Part shown: piece by piece, positions 1-8,760 of the stretch | Numbering within the stretch: the stretch's first letter is position 1 | Layout of the letters: each line of letters starts with the position of its first letter | Assembly: GCA_023667165.1 (NCBI GenBank) | Contig: JAMPAO010000005.1 | Coordinates: forward strand, 19 to 64,018 | DNA length: 64,000 nucleotides | From: Ruminococcus sp. | Lineage (GTDB): Bacteria; Bacillota; Clostridia; Oscillospirales; Ruminococcaceae | Direction of reading: 5' to 3' | Position numbers and translations under genes: made by a program | Notes under the pieces: model-generated | What the model was told of the DNA's origin: nothing | What the model saw: the letters and a program-made list of their open reading frames with translations, nothing else | Database searches by the model: none

Positions 1-1490
1 GTCAGTTTTACGGAATTGAGATTAACGATTTTGCGGTTACGGTTGCAAAAACGGCATTATGGATAGCGGAAAGTCAAATGCTTCACGAAACAGAGGAAAT
101 AATGAACGTTAAGTTAGATTTTCTGCCGCTTAAAAGCTATGCGAATATTGCGGAGGGCAACGCTTTGCGGGTGAACTGGGAAGATGTTGTGTCCAAAAAT
201 CAGCTTAATTATATTATGGGAAATCCGCCATTTGTAGGTGCAACAATGATGACGGCTGAACAGAAAAAAGAGGCAGTTAATATTTTTGGTAAAATAAAAT
301 TATCGAACAGCATAGACTATGTTGGCGCGTGGTATTTTAAAACTTGTGAAATAATGTTAGGAACAGATATTAAGGCAGCTCTTGTATCCACAAATAGTAT
401 AACGCAAGGTGAACAAGTTGCGCCCTTATGGCAAACATTGTTTCAAAAATACAATTTGCATATTAATTTTGCTTATAAAACCTTTCGCTGGGACAGCGAG
501 GCAAGTTTAAAAGCACACGTCCATTGTGTTATTATAGGTTTCAGTATTATTGAGGATAAGAAAAACAAAGTTATTTATGAAAATGACAAATTAAAAACCG
601 CAAAAAATATAAATGCGTACTTAATGGACGCTCCAAACATTTTTATACCAAGCAGGAGTAAACCATTATGTAATGTTAGTCCAATGATTTTGGGCAATAA
701 ACCGGCAGACGGAGGAAATTTTATCATATCAGAGGAGGAAAAAAACCAGATACTAAAAAGAGAACCTCAATTAGAAAAATTTATACGTCCTTATATCGGA
801 GCAGTGGAATTTATAAATAGAAAGACAAGATTTTGTTTTTGGCTTACCGATGTTACCCCCGCTGAAATAAGTAAAAGCAAGGAATTACATAAAAGACTTG
901 AAAATGTAAGAGAAATGCGTTTGAATAGTACAGCTTTGCCTACAAGGGAGAAAGCTAACACACCTAACTTGTTTTTCTTTATTTCACAACCCGAAACAGA
1001 TTACATAATTGTCCCGAGTACATCATCTGAAAGAAGAAAATATATTCCAATGGGTTTTTTACACCCTAATGTTATAGCAAGCAATTCAGTATCAATTATA
1101 CCCAATGGAACGCTATATCAGTTTGGTATTCTTACATCTAACGTACATATGGCTTGGACGAGAACCGTCGCGGGAAGATTAAAAAGTGATTACAGATACA
1201 CGGGGAGTATTGTCTACAACAATTTTCCGTGGTGTACGCCAACGGACGAGCAAAAAGCCAAAATTGAGCAGACCGCGCAGGCGATACTTGACGCAAGGGA
1301 AAAATATCCAGAATGTTCCCTCGCGGATTTGTATGACGAGCTTACTATGCCGAAGGAGCTTAGAAAGGCTCACCAGAACAACGACAGGGCGGTTATGCAG
1401 GCTTACGGGTTTGATGTGAAAGCTATGACGGAGAGCGAGTGTGTGGGGGAGCTTATGAAGATGTATAGGAAAATGACGGGAGGGAAATAA
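1..1490 (+). CDS. MmeI-like (type IIL/IIG family) N6-adenine DNA methyltransferase, C-terminal ~495 aa; 5' end lies beyond the left window edge
   Basis: The frame of track ORF 78..1490 stays open back to nt 3 (QFYGIEINDFAVTVAKTALWIAESQ). Catalytic motif IV GNPPFVG is at nt 219-239. A long downstream TRD-like region includes YRYTGSIVYNNFPW, as I recall for MmeI-family enzymes. Confidence 0.7.
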   Translation, partial: QFYGIEINDFAVTVAKTALWIAESQMLHETEEIMNVKLDFLPLKSYANIAEGNALRVNWEDVVSKNQLNYIMGNPPFVGATMMTAEQKKEAVNIFGKIKLSNSIDYVGAWYFKTCEIMLGTDIKAALVSTNSITQGEQVAPLWQTLFQKYNLHINFAYKTFRWDSEASLKAHVHCVIIGFSIIEDKKNKVIYENDKLKTAKNINAYLMDAPNIFIPSRSKPLCNVSPMILGNKPADGGNFIISEEEKNQILKREPQLEKFIRPYIGAVEFINRKTRFCFWLTDVTPAEISKSKELHKRLENVREMRLNSTALPTREKANTPNLFFFISQPETDYIIVPSTSSERRKYIPMGFLHPNVIASNSVSIIPNGTLYQFGILTSNVHMAWTRTVAGRLKSDYRYTGSIVYNNFPWCTPTDEQKAKIEQTAQAILDAREKYPECSLADLYDELTMPKELRKAHQNNDRAVMQAYGFDVKAMTESECVGELMKMYRKMTGGK

Positions 1491-1843
1491 CGCCAAAAAG
1501 AAGCCTTGAAAACGGCTATATATCGCAGTTTGCGTGTATCTGCAGCAAACTGCCGAAAGCAGGTTTTAAAATTTAAGTCTATTTTGCGCTCTTCGGGCGT
1601 TTCTTTGCTTCCTCGGCTTTTTTTCACATCTGCTGCATATATTTTAGCGCCGTATTGTTTGGGATTTGTTTGAGTATTGTTTGAGAAATGTTAAATGTTA
1701 AGACGGTATTTGCGGGGTATCGCTTTAAATCGGAACGGTGCGTACGTTTGGATCCGTATTTGCGAAAGGGCTCAAGAAGCTTCAGATCGGCGGTCTTTGC
1801 GGCGGCATGGCAAAAAAGCGGTATAAAAAATTGAAATTACGCA

Positions 1844-1872
1844 TTGCATATTTGCAAACAATATGATATAAT
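1844..1872 (+). promoter_or_regulatory. sigma-A type promoter candidate upstream of the GNAT gene
   Basis: TTGCAT (1844-1849), 17-nt spacer, TGaTATAAT extended -10 (TATAAT 1867-1872). Leaves a ~145-nt leader before the start at 2018. Confidence 0.45.
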
Positions 1873-2017
1873 AAGTATGCGGCATTCTGCCGCGGCGGGG
1901 CGGTGAGAACCGTTTGCAAGCGGTTCGGCACGGGCTCGGGAAAACGTTTTTCCGCAGAGAACGTGCAGTGAGATCATATTCGGCGCCGCAGGACAATAAC
2001 GGTTTCAAGGAGCATTC

Positions 2018-2548
2018 GTGATGATATACTTAAACGACGGGCATATTATTATCAGAGATCTCGAGGAACGGGATATTGACGGAATAGTAAAAGCGGAGCT
2101 TGAGCAGGGCTGGAGCAGCGACCCCGCAAAGTTCATCATGCGGCTCGAACACAAAAAAGAGGGGAAAGCCATACCCCTTGCCGCAGAGTATGAGGGCAGT
2201 ATCGCCGGCTATGTCAGCGTATATCCCGCCTGTGAATGGGGCGCATTCGGCGGAAAGGGACTTCCCGAAATAGTGGATCTTGCCGTAACGGAGGGATACC
2301 GCCGCAAAGGGATCGGAGGCAGGCTTCTTGACGCTGCGGAAATGATATCGGCTCGGTACGCCGATACGGTCTATCTGGGCGTGGGACTTCACAGCGGCTA
2401 CGGCAGCGCCCAGAGGCTGTACGTGAAACGGGGATATATCCCCGACGGGTCGGGGGTATGGTATCTCGACCGCGTGTGCGGACAGTACGAAAACTGCCGC
2501 AACGACGACGATCTGGTGCTTTATATGTCGAAAAGACTGAGGAGTTGA
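2018..2548 (+). CDS. GNAT family N-acetyltransferase
   Basis: 176 aa. Acetyl-CoA binding motif RRKGIGGRLLDAAE (R/QxxGxG/A). GGAG RBS at 2008-2011. The start could be GTG 2018 or ATG 2021. Confidence 0.8.
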   Translation: MMIYLNDGHIIIRDLEERDIDGIVKAELEQGWSSDPAKFIMRLEHKKEGKAIPLAAEYEGSIAGYVSVYPACEWGAFGGKGLPEIVDLAVTEGYRRKGIGGRLLDAAEMISARYADTVYLGVGLHSGYGSAQRLYVKRGYIPDGSGVWYLDRVCGQYENCRNDDDLVLYMSKRLRS

Positions 2549-2554
2549 ATATAT

Positions 2555-2734
2555 ATGCTTCCAAACGACCCTGTAATGCTTATGAGCGTTATAAACACAA
2601 AGCTGCGGGACTTTTATCCCGACATCGAGGCTCTTTGCGGGGATATGGATATTTCCGCGGCGGAGCTGACGGAAAAGCTGGAGGCGGCAGGCTTCGTCTA
2701 CGACCGGGAACAAAACCGCTTCAAGGCGCGCTGA
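2555..2734 (+). CDS. DUF4250-like small protein (59 aa), not in the supplied ORF track
   Basis: ATG 2555 to TGA 2732-2734. Translation: MLPNDPVMLMSVINTKLRDFYPDIEALCGDMDISAAELTEKLEAAGFVYDREQNRFKAR. It matches my memory of the DUF4250 consensus (PxDPxMLLSxxNTxLRD...EL) and starts 7 nt after the GNAT stop. Confidence 0.65.
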   Translation: MLPNDPVMLMSVINTKLRDFYPDIEALCGDMDISAAELTEKLEAAGFVYDREQNRFKAR

Positions 2735-2780
2735 CCGCACAGTCCTTTATTCTTTTATATATGATAGGAATGATTTTCAG

Positions 2781-3494
2781 ATGAACCCCGAAAAAATGTA
2801 CGATATATTTACGGAGGCTCTTTGCGACGATACCGTAAAAGCCGAGCTTATCCGAAAAATAACCGAAAAGGCGGGGCGCGACCGTATAGAGGGTCAGACG
2901 GAACTGTTCCCGCAGAACGACGCGTCCGCTCTGACGGCGGAAAACGCGGAGCTGTCAAGGCAGATAGCTTTGCTGGAGCTGGAGCTGGGCAGGCTTTCCG
3001 GAGAAAACAAGGATCTGACCCAAAAGGTGCGGCAGGGCAGAGATTCCCTTAACTTTTACACCGTCAGCTACGGCGCGCAGATAGCGTTGTATGAAAAATA
3101 CAAGACCCTTTCTCAGCCTGTGATGAAGATCATGAAGCAGATATTCAAAAACGACAGCTTAAACGGCATATTCCTGTGCGGCGTTCAGATCGATAATCTG
3201 AAAAGCCTGCGGGATTACACCGAGCAGCTCATAAAAAACGGTCCGGAGGGCAGAGAAAAGGATATAGCCGTTCTGAACGAGCTGTATGTATATCTTCTTT
3301 CCTGCTATAACTCAACCTATTCCAAGCCCGTATACAGGCTCACGGACGCAAGGGCGGGGGACAGCTTCAGCGAAGAGCTGCATTACAATACGGGTACCGC
3401 CAGAAGCGGAAGCGTTTCCCGCGTGCTTATGCAGGGCTGCGCCGCGGCGGGCAGCGGAAGGATCATCAGAAAAGCGATAGTCGAGCTTTTTTGA
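2781..3494 (+). CDS. GrpE-like protein (N-terminal helical/coiled-coil region, GrpE-like C-terminal beta domain)
   Basis: 237 aa. Heptad-like helix AENAELSRQIALLELELGRLSGENKDLTQKV. The C-terminus AGDSFSEELHYNTGTARSGSVSRVLMQGCAAAGSGRIIRKAIVEL (nt ~3354-3491) resembles the GrpE signature FDPxxHxA...G.V..v.qkGY..gR.iRpA.V.V. It lies directly upstream of an Hsp70-fold ATPase. Confidence 0.55.
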   Translation: MNPEKMYDIFTEALCDDTVKAELIRKITEKAGRDRIEGQTELFPQNDASALTAENAELSRQIALLELELGRLSGENKDLTQKVRQGRDSLNFYTVSYGAQIALYEKYKTLSQPVMKIMKQIFKNDSLNGIFLCGVQIDNLKSLRDYTEQLIKNGPEGREKDIAVLNELYVYLLSCYNSTYSKPVYRLTDARAGDSFSEELHYNTGTARSGSVSRVLMQGCAAAGSGRIIRKAIVELF

Positions 3495-3565
3495 GAAGTC
3501 TGTCACTATACGAAATATTACTCTTGAATAACATAAACAATACAAAAAGAAAGGCGTGTTAGACG

Positions 3566-6430
3566 GTGGATACAAAAAGGATCAACCTGATACCAACGGA
3601 AAAGGAGTACATCACCAATTCGGTCATAAACAGGATACCTCAAACGGCGGCTTTACAGATAAAGCAGTTCGAACCGCTTATAAGAAAAATACTGGAGCTT
3701 ATGAAAAGCACATGGGTGAAAATGGGCAATAAGCAGGTGTGGTTCAACACCGCCGTAAGCGGGATATTTCCCGATCTCGACAGCTTCGAGCCGTCGAAGC
3801 AGAATGTTTTTTTCTCTTTTGTGGAGGGCAAGTTCAACCGCAGCTTCGAGGGCTTCGAGGGAACGCTTATGTCTTTGCCCGAGCTTAGGGCGTCGGAAGT
3901 CTGCAAGCTTGAAAAATTCCGGAAAAGCTTTTTCGCTTACAAGGAAGGCGGCACGGTAAAGGCCGTGGATATGACGGGCAACGTTACCTACAGCTTCAAT
4001 ACCGCCAATCACCATGAGGCGGTGTGCATACCCTCTCTGCGCTTTACAAGGAAAAACGGTCTGCCCTTGGGAGGAGAGGAGGCAATACTTATTTTTGCGG
4101 ACAATGAGCTTATCCCCGAAGCTCTGAGCGAGAGCGACAAAAACAGCTTTTCCGATCTCATCGCCCTGCGTAAGGCCGACGGCAATTATATAAGCCTTTC
4201 CTCCGAGGGACGGATCGTTTTTGACGCGGCTAAAATATCGGGGGACATTACGTCGGGAAAATGGGGCGGAAGCATAAACGGCTATGATTTTTCCATGGAC
4301 AGGCTTATGGAGGTCACGCGCATAAAGGCGGACATGGACTTTACCGACGCTTTGAAAATGAGCCTGCTGGGCTGCGAAAAGCGCAGGGCGGACATCGATC
4401 CCTACGACTCGAAGCTCCTGAGCGATCCCAACAGGGGGCACTGGGATCTGTGGAGCAGCGGAAACGCCGAGCCGCCTTACGCTATCGAGATAGCCGAGCC
4501 TCTCATTGCCAGAAACCCCGTTAAGGATATCAACCGCGACGGCGTTATAGCCATAGATTTCGGCACGAAAAGCACCGTGGTGGTTTTCCAGAAGTCAAGC
4601 GAGCATACGCTGCCCATGGCTATCGGCACGGGAAAGCTGTCCGACGCGGACAAGGCGGAGCATTACGAAAATCCCACGGTAATGGAATTTACCGATATGA
4701 ACAGTTTCCTCTCCAGGTACCGCGCAAGAGGCGGCAGACCGGAAACGCTGTGGGAAACTCTGCCTATCTCTCACACAGCCTATTCGGATATGAAAAACGC
4801 CGCCAGCAAGGATTATTATTCCTTTTTCTGCGACCTAAAGCAATGGGCGGGGGAGGGCAATTATCCTTTGCGCATATGCGACAGGAACGGCGGCGAATAC
4901 CTGCTGCCGCCCTATATGAGCGACGATCCCGCAGAGTTCGACCCTATAGAGATATACGCGTATTATATCGGACTGTACATCAACAATATGCGCAGCGGTA
5001 TATATCTCGACTATTATCTGTCGTTCCCCGTGACCTTTGAAAAGACCGTCAGGGAAAGGATAGCGTCCAGCTTTGAGCGGGGACTTCTCAAATCTCTTCC
5101 CTATTCCGTCCTTGCAAGCCAGGATATTCTGGCTGATTTCCGCGTGGACGGCTCGGTAAGCGAGCCGGAGGCATACGCGGTGTGCGCTATGGAGCAGTAC
5201 GGGGTATATCCCGAGGACAGCGCCGAATTTCATTACGGCATATTCGATTTCGGCGGCGGTACTACGGACTTTGATTTCGGCGTGTGCCAGGTATCCAAAA
5301 AAAGGAAGTTCGATTATACCATAACTAATTACGGCGCGGGGGGCGACAGATACTTAGGAGGAGAAAATCTCCTTGCAAAGATGGCGGTGACGGTTTTCAG
5401 AGGAAATTACGCAAAGATCGCGGAAAACAACATCACCTTTACTCTGCCTGCGGGGTGCAGCGAATTTGCGGGTGCGACGGCGGTAGTTGCCCGTTCAAGA
5501 GAGGCGGAGGCCAATATGCGCCATATGATGGAGCGTCTGCGCCCCCTGTGGGAGGATACGGAGGAAAACAGGGACGAGCTGGAGCGCGGCATAATATGCG
5601 TGGATCTGTTTGACAAAAACGGCGAGCTGATACCGAGGTTCGAGCTTGAGGTATCCGAGGACGAGCTGATCCGGATAATCAGGGACAGCATTTCTTCGGG
5701 CATTGACAATTTCTTTGCGTCCATGAGCCTTGCCTATTCCTCGGCGGGAGCGTCCGTTCCCGACAGGATAAACATAATGCTGGCGGGCAATTCGTGCAGA
5801 AGCAGGCTCGTTCCGGAGCTGTTCCGCGAAAAATTCGAGCAGGGCAAGGAAAAGCTGAAAAAAGCGTTAAACAGCGACAGCGACATTGAATTTGTCCTCT
5901 ATCCTCCTTTGGGAACGGAAGAGGCGTACGAGATCATGGAAAAGCGGGGAACGGATCCTCACAGGGGAAGCCTTGAGCACCCCACGGGAAAAACGGGAGT
6001 TGCGTTCGGACTTATCAAGTGCAGAAAGGGCGGCGTTATCGAGCGCAAGGCAATGAGCGCAAAGGAGGACGAGATACCTTTCAAGTATTTTATCGGCAGC
6101 AACAAGAGGGGCTGCTTTACGGTGCTTGACGGCGACGGCGCGCCCATGACGGTATCGGGAAAACCCGACTACAACATCTGGTACAACTTCACCGACGCCG
6201 ACGAGGATACTTTCGAGGTATATTATACTCCCCTGCCGGAGGCGGTATCGAATAAGATCCCCATAAGCGGCGTTATGAAGAAAAAATGCCGTCTTAACAT
6301 TGTTTATGAAAAAGCAAGCGTTTATATACGCGCCACGGGTCCCAAGACACTGCAATATGTGGCGGCAACGGAAAACGGCATAAATTTCGATACGTATCTG
6401 AGCAAGATCGTTACGGTGGATCTGGAATGA
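3566..6430 (+). CDS. atypical Hsp70/ASKHA-fold ATPase, 954 aa, with large N- and C-terminal extensions
   Basis: GVIAIDFGTKSTVV (nt 4541-4582, phosphate-1), GIFDFGGGTTDFDFG (nt 5237-5281, phosphate-2) and IMLAGNSCRSRLV (nt 5774-5812, adenosine motif) occur in Hsp70 order. A ~325-aa N-terminal region and a ~200-aa beta-rich C-terminus have no motif I recognise. GTG start. Confidence 0.65.
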   Translation: MDTKRINLIPTEKEYITNSVINRIPQTAALQIKQFEPLIRKILELMKSTWVKMGNKQVWFNTAVSGIFPDLDSFEPSKQNVFFSFVEGKFNRSFEGFEGTLMSLPELRASEVCKLEKFRKSFFAYKEGGTVKAVDMTGNVTYSFNTANHHEAVCIPSLRFTRKNGLPLGGEEAILIFADNELIPEALSESDKNSFSDLIALRKADGNYISLSSEGRIVFDAAKISGDITSGKWGGSINGYDFSMDRLMEVTRIKADMDFTDALKMSLLGCEKRRADIDPYDSKLLSDPNRGHWDLWSSGNAEPPYAIEIAEPLIARNPVKDINRDGVIAIDFGTKSTVVVFQKSSEHTLPMAIGTGKLSDADKAEHYENPTVMEFTDMNSFLSRYRARGGRPETLWETLPISHTAYSDMKNAASKDYYSFFCDLKQWAGEGNYPLRICDRNGGEYLLPPYMSDDPAEFDPIEIYAYYIGLYINNMRSGIYLDYYLSFPVTFEKTVRERIASSFERGLLKSLPYSVLASQDILADFRVDGSVSEPEAYAVCAMEQYGVYPEDSAEFHYGIFDFGGGTTDFDFGVCQVSKKRKFDYTITNYGAGGDRYLGGENLLAKMAVTVFRGNYAKIAENNITFTLPAGCSEFAGATAVVARSREAEANMRHMMERLRPLWEDTEENRDELERGIICVDLFDKNGELIPRFELEVSEDELIRIIRDSISSGIDNFFASMSLAYSSAGASVPDRINIMLAGNSCRSRLVPELFREKFEQGKEKLKKALNSDSDIEFVLYPPLGTEEAYEIMEKRGTDPHRGSLEHPTGKTGVAFGLIKCRKGGVIERKAMSAKEDEIPFKYFIGSNKRGCFTVLDGDGAPMTVSGKPDYNIWYNFTDADEDTFEVYYTPLPEAVSNKIPISGVMKKKCRLNIVYEKASVYIRATGPKTLQYVAATENGINFDTYLSKIVTVDLE

Positions 6431-6458
6431 GGGCGGGAAGCCGCATGGGAATATAACC

Positions 6459-6493
6459 GCAGAGGGTGTGCGCAGCACGCCCTCTGCTTGTTG
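6459..6493 (+). terminator. intrinsic terminator candidate after the Hsp70-like gene
   Basis: Stem GCAGAGGGTG (6459-6468) pairs with CGCCCTCTGC (6478-6487) with one G-U pair, followed by cTTGTTg. Confidence 0.55.
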
Positions 6494-6671
6494 AAAACGG
6501 AGCTTTGAAAGGAGCAAGAGGCAAGAAGCGGTTCGACAGGTTTGATGCTTCGCAGTATATAAAAATACTTTTAACTTAATGCTCCGGCTTTTGCAAATAA
6601 CATCTTAAATTTCCTAATTTAAAAAGTTTTATTTCAAAAAACTGATTTTTGCGGGATTTCCAAAATTTGTG

Positions 6672-6701
6672 TTGACAAGGCAGGGGGATTTGTGGTATAA
6701 T
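6672..6701 (+). promoter_or_regulatory. strong sigma-A promoter candidate at the head of the glycopolymer cluster
   Basis: TTGACA (6672-6677), 18-nt spacer, TGgTATAAT (TATAAT 6696-6701), in an AT-rich 360-nt intergenic region. Confidence 0.6.
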
Positions 6702-6794
6702 AAAATATAATATGTTTTATACCGGTATGAAAGGTCGGAAAAAGTCTTTCGCTGCGGCTTAAAATGCTGACAATACCAAAAAACGGGTGGAAAA

Positions 6795-7721
6795 ATGGTC
6801 GATATTCTGATGGCGGTTTACAATGGGGAAAGGTTTTTGAGGGAGCAGATAGAATCGGTCGTTTCTCAGAGCTATACGGAATGGCGGCTGTTTATTTGCG
6901 ACGACGGGTCGTCGGACGGGTCGGCGGATATTGCGGAGGAGTACGCGGAAAGATATCCCGGGAAGATATTTGCGGCTGTAAACGGTGTGCCTGCGAGGTC
7001 TGCATGCGGTAATTTTATGGGAATGCTGAGAAAAAGTTCGGCGGAATATGTGATGTTCTGCGATCAGGATGATGTGTGGCATGAGGATAAAATTGCGGTG
7101 ACTTTGGATAAAATGCGCGAGATTGAGGAAGGAAACCCGAAGAAACCCGTGCTGATACACACCGATCTGGAGATAGTCGACAGGGAGCTTAATGTTACGG
7201 CGGGGTCGTTTATGAGATATCAAGGACTTAAAGCCCGGTACAAAAGCCTTAACCGGCTGCTTTGCCAGAATAATATCACGGGGTGCACGGTGATGGTGAA
7301 CAGGGCGCTGGCGGATATTGTGAAAGACGCTCCTGCCGAATATATGCTCATGCATGACTGGTGGGCGGGCCTGGCGGCGGCGGCTTTCGGAGAAATAGGG
7401 TTCGTGGACCGCGCCACGGTCAAGTACCGGCAGCATGGAGGAAATCAGCTTGGGGCGGTGAATAACAGGAGTTTGGCGGGGATTTTCAGGCTGATAAGCG
7501 ACAAGAGGCGGTCTAAGCGGCGGCTTGAGGTCACTTATGAGCAGGGGAAAAGATTTTACGAATACTACGGAGAGCGGCTCGAAGCCGACGCGAGGCGCGT
7601 TCTTGAAATATATGCCGATATACCCTCTCACTGCAAGGCGATAAGGGCGGCAAGGCTTATAAGGTACGGCTTTTTGAAACAGAATTTTTTGGCGGCGGCG
7701 GGGGAGCTGGTGTTTTGCTGA
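6795..7721 (+). CDS. GT2 rhamnosyltransferase (RgpB/GacC/WbbL-like)
   Basis: 308 aa. VDILMAVYNGERFLREQIESVVSQSYTEWRLFICDDGSSDGS ... FCDQDDVWHEDKI closely resembles streptococcal RgpB-type rhamnosyltransferases as I remember them. It sits with rfbBCD. Confidence 0.75.
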   Translation: MVDILMAVYNGERFLREQIESVVSQSYTEWRLFICDDGSSDGSADIAEEYAERYPGKIFAAVNGVPARSACGNFMGMLRKSSAEYVMFCDQDDVWHEDKIAVTLDKMREIEEGNPKKPVLIHTDLEIVDRELNVTAGSFMRYQGLKARYKSLNRLLCQNNITGCTVMVNRALADIVKDAPAEYMLMHDWWAGLAAAAFGEIGFVDRATVKYRQHGGNQLGAVNNRSLAGIFRLISDKRRSKRRLEVTYEQGKRFYEYYGERLEADARRVLEIYADIPSHCKAIRAARLIRYGFLKQNFLAAAGELVFC

Positions 7722-7877
7722 TAAAGCTGAATATTGGGGCGGAAAACGCCCGTATATTGTTTCTTGACGCCAAAGAATATGAAATATAGGCAATATGTGC
7801 GCAAAGGCGTCAGCCGCTTTTTAGTGCAGTGCTGCCTATAGAGGATACGATCAGATAAGTAAGGAGAATGAAGATAA

Positions 7878-8760
7878 ATGAATGCTTTTAAGAAAGCGAC
7901 AATTGAAATATCAAGCGGTTGCAATGCAAAATGCACATGGTGTACAACGGGAAAGAAAAATCGCAGCGGGTGCAGTGACAAGACGGAATTTATGTCTGCT
8001 GAGTCCTTTGAAAAAGGTCTTTTTTATATGATGGAAAAGGGGATAATTGACAAAAATACAGAGATCGAGCTGTATAACTGGGGAGAACCCTTTTTGAATC
8101 CGGAGATAAATACAATCTGCGGTATAATAACAAAATATGGATTTCAATATCATTTATCTACCAATGCGTCTGTTTACAGAGAAATAAATGCGGAATATTT
8201 AACAAATCTATCCGGCTTCAGAGTATCATTGTCGGGATTTTCAAAAGAAAGCTATTCTATTACCCATTCATTGAATTTTACAAAGGTAATGGATAATATT
8301 GTAAAATTTTGTGATATGCTTAAAGCTGCCAATAAGCAGAATGTAATGGATATTACTTTTTTGGTATATAAATTTAATTGTCATGAAATCAATAAGGCAA
8401 AAGATCATTTCAATAATTTGGGAATAAAATTTACTCCCCGTTTGGCATACTACAATGATTTTGAACAGTTTCAGGCTTTTTTGAACAAATCTATGCCTGA
8501 TGAAATGAAAAAAATGTCGGAAGAACAGATCTTTGAGGACCTTTTAAGCCAAAGAGCGTCAGAGGCGCCGGCGCATTTTCGCTGCCCTCAGGATGATTTT
8601 ATTGTATTGTCCTATGACTGGAAAATAGTGCCCTGCTGCCGATTGACAGAAAATGAAACTTTAGGCAATTTATTTGATATGGATTTGGATCAGATCAAGG
8701 AGAAAAAAAATCAGATTGCCCAGTGTGCTGAATGCAAGCAGTCGAACCAGCATTATATTG
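7878..8760 (+). other. radical SAM + SPASM/twitch-like domain of the megaprotein
   Basis: CX3CX2C at nt 7920-7943, a GGEP-like motif (WGEPFLNP), and C-terminal cysteines FRCPQ...VPCCRL...QCAECKQ (nt ~8578-8740). Confidence 0.7.

Noticed and set aside
1403-2008. Minus-strand ORFs 1403..1627 and 1772..2008 in the 530-nt gap after the methyltransferase
   Set aside because: No RBS, odd composition and no motifs. The region is better explained as a terminator/promoter/leader region for the GNAT gene.
1873-2017. Possible riboswitch in the ~145-nt GC-rich leader upstream of the GNAT gene
   Set aside because: I compared it by eye with the cores I remember for SAM-I, TPP, ykkC/guanidine, ZTP and c-di-GMP riboswitches and found no convincing match. 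A covariance-model scan (Rfam/Infernal) would be needed.
2030-2740. Long antisense ORFs in the track: 2030..2740-, 3653..4441-, 6759..7793-, 8766..10040-, 15523..15981-, 16003..16575-, 20862..21872-, 22673..23326-, 28162..29142-, 29588..30358-, 31049..32302-, 52396..53325-, 57823..58614-, 59755..60315-, 60590..61435-
   Set aside because: Each lies fully opposite a gene with clear family motifs. Each has Arg/Ser/Leu/Pro-rich low-complexity translations with no recognisable motif, and none has a convincing RBS. They are typical shadow ORFs.
7722-7877. Internal promoter between the rhamnosyltransferase and the megaprotein gene (TTGACG at 7764)
   Set aside because: No acceptable -10 hexamer occurs at 15-19 nt spacing (TATAGG/TAGGCA only). 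Read-through from the 6672 promoter is the simpler explanation.
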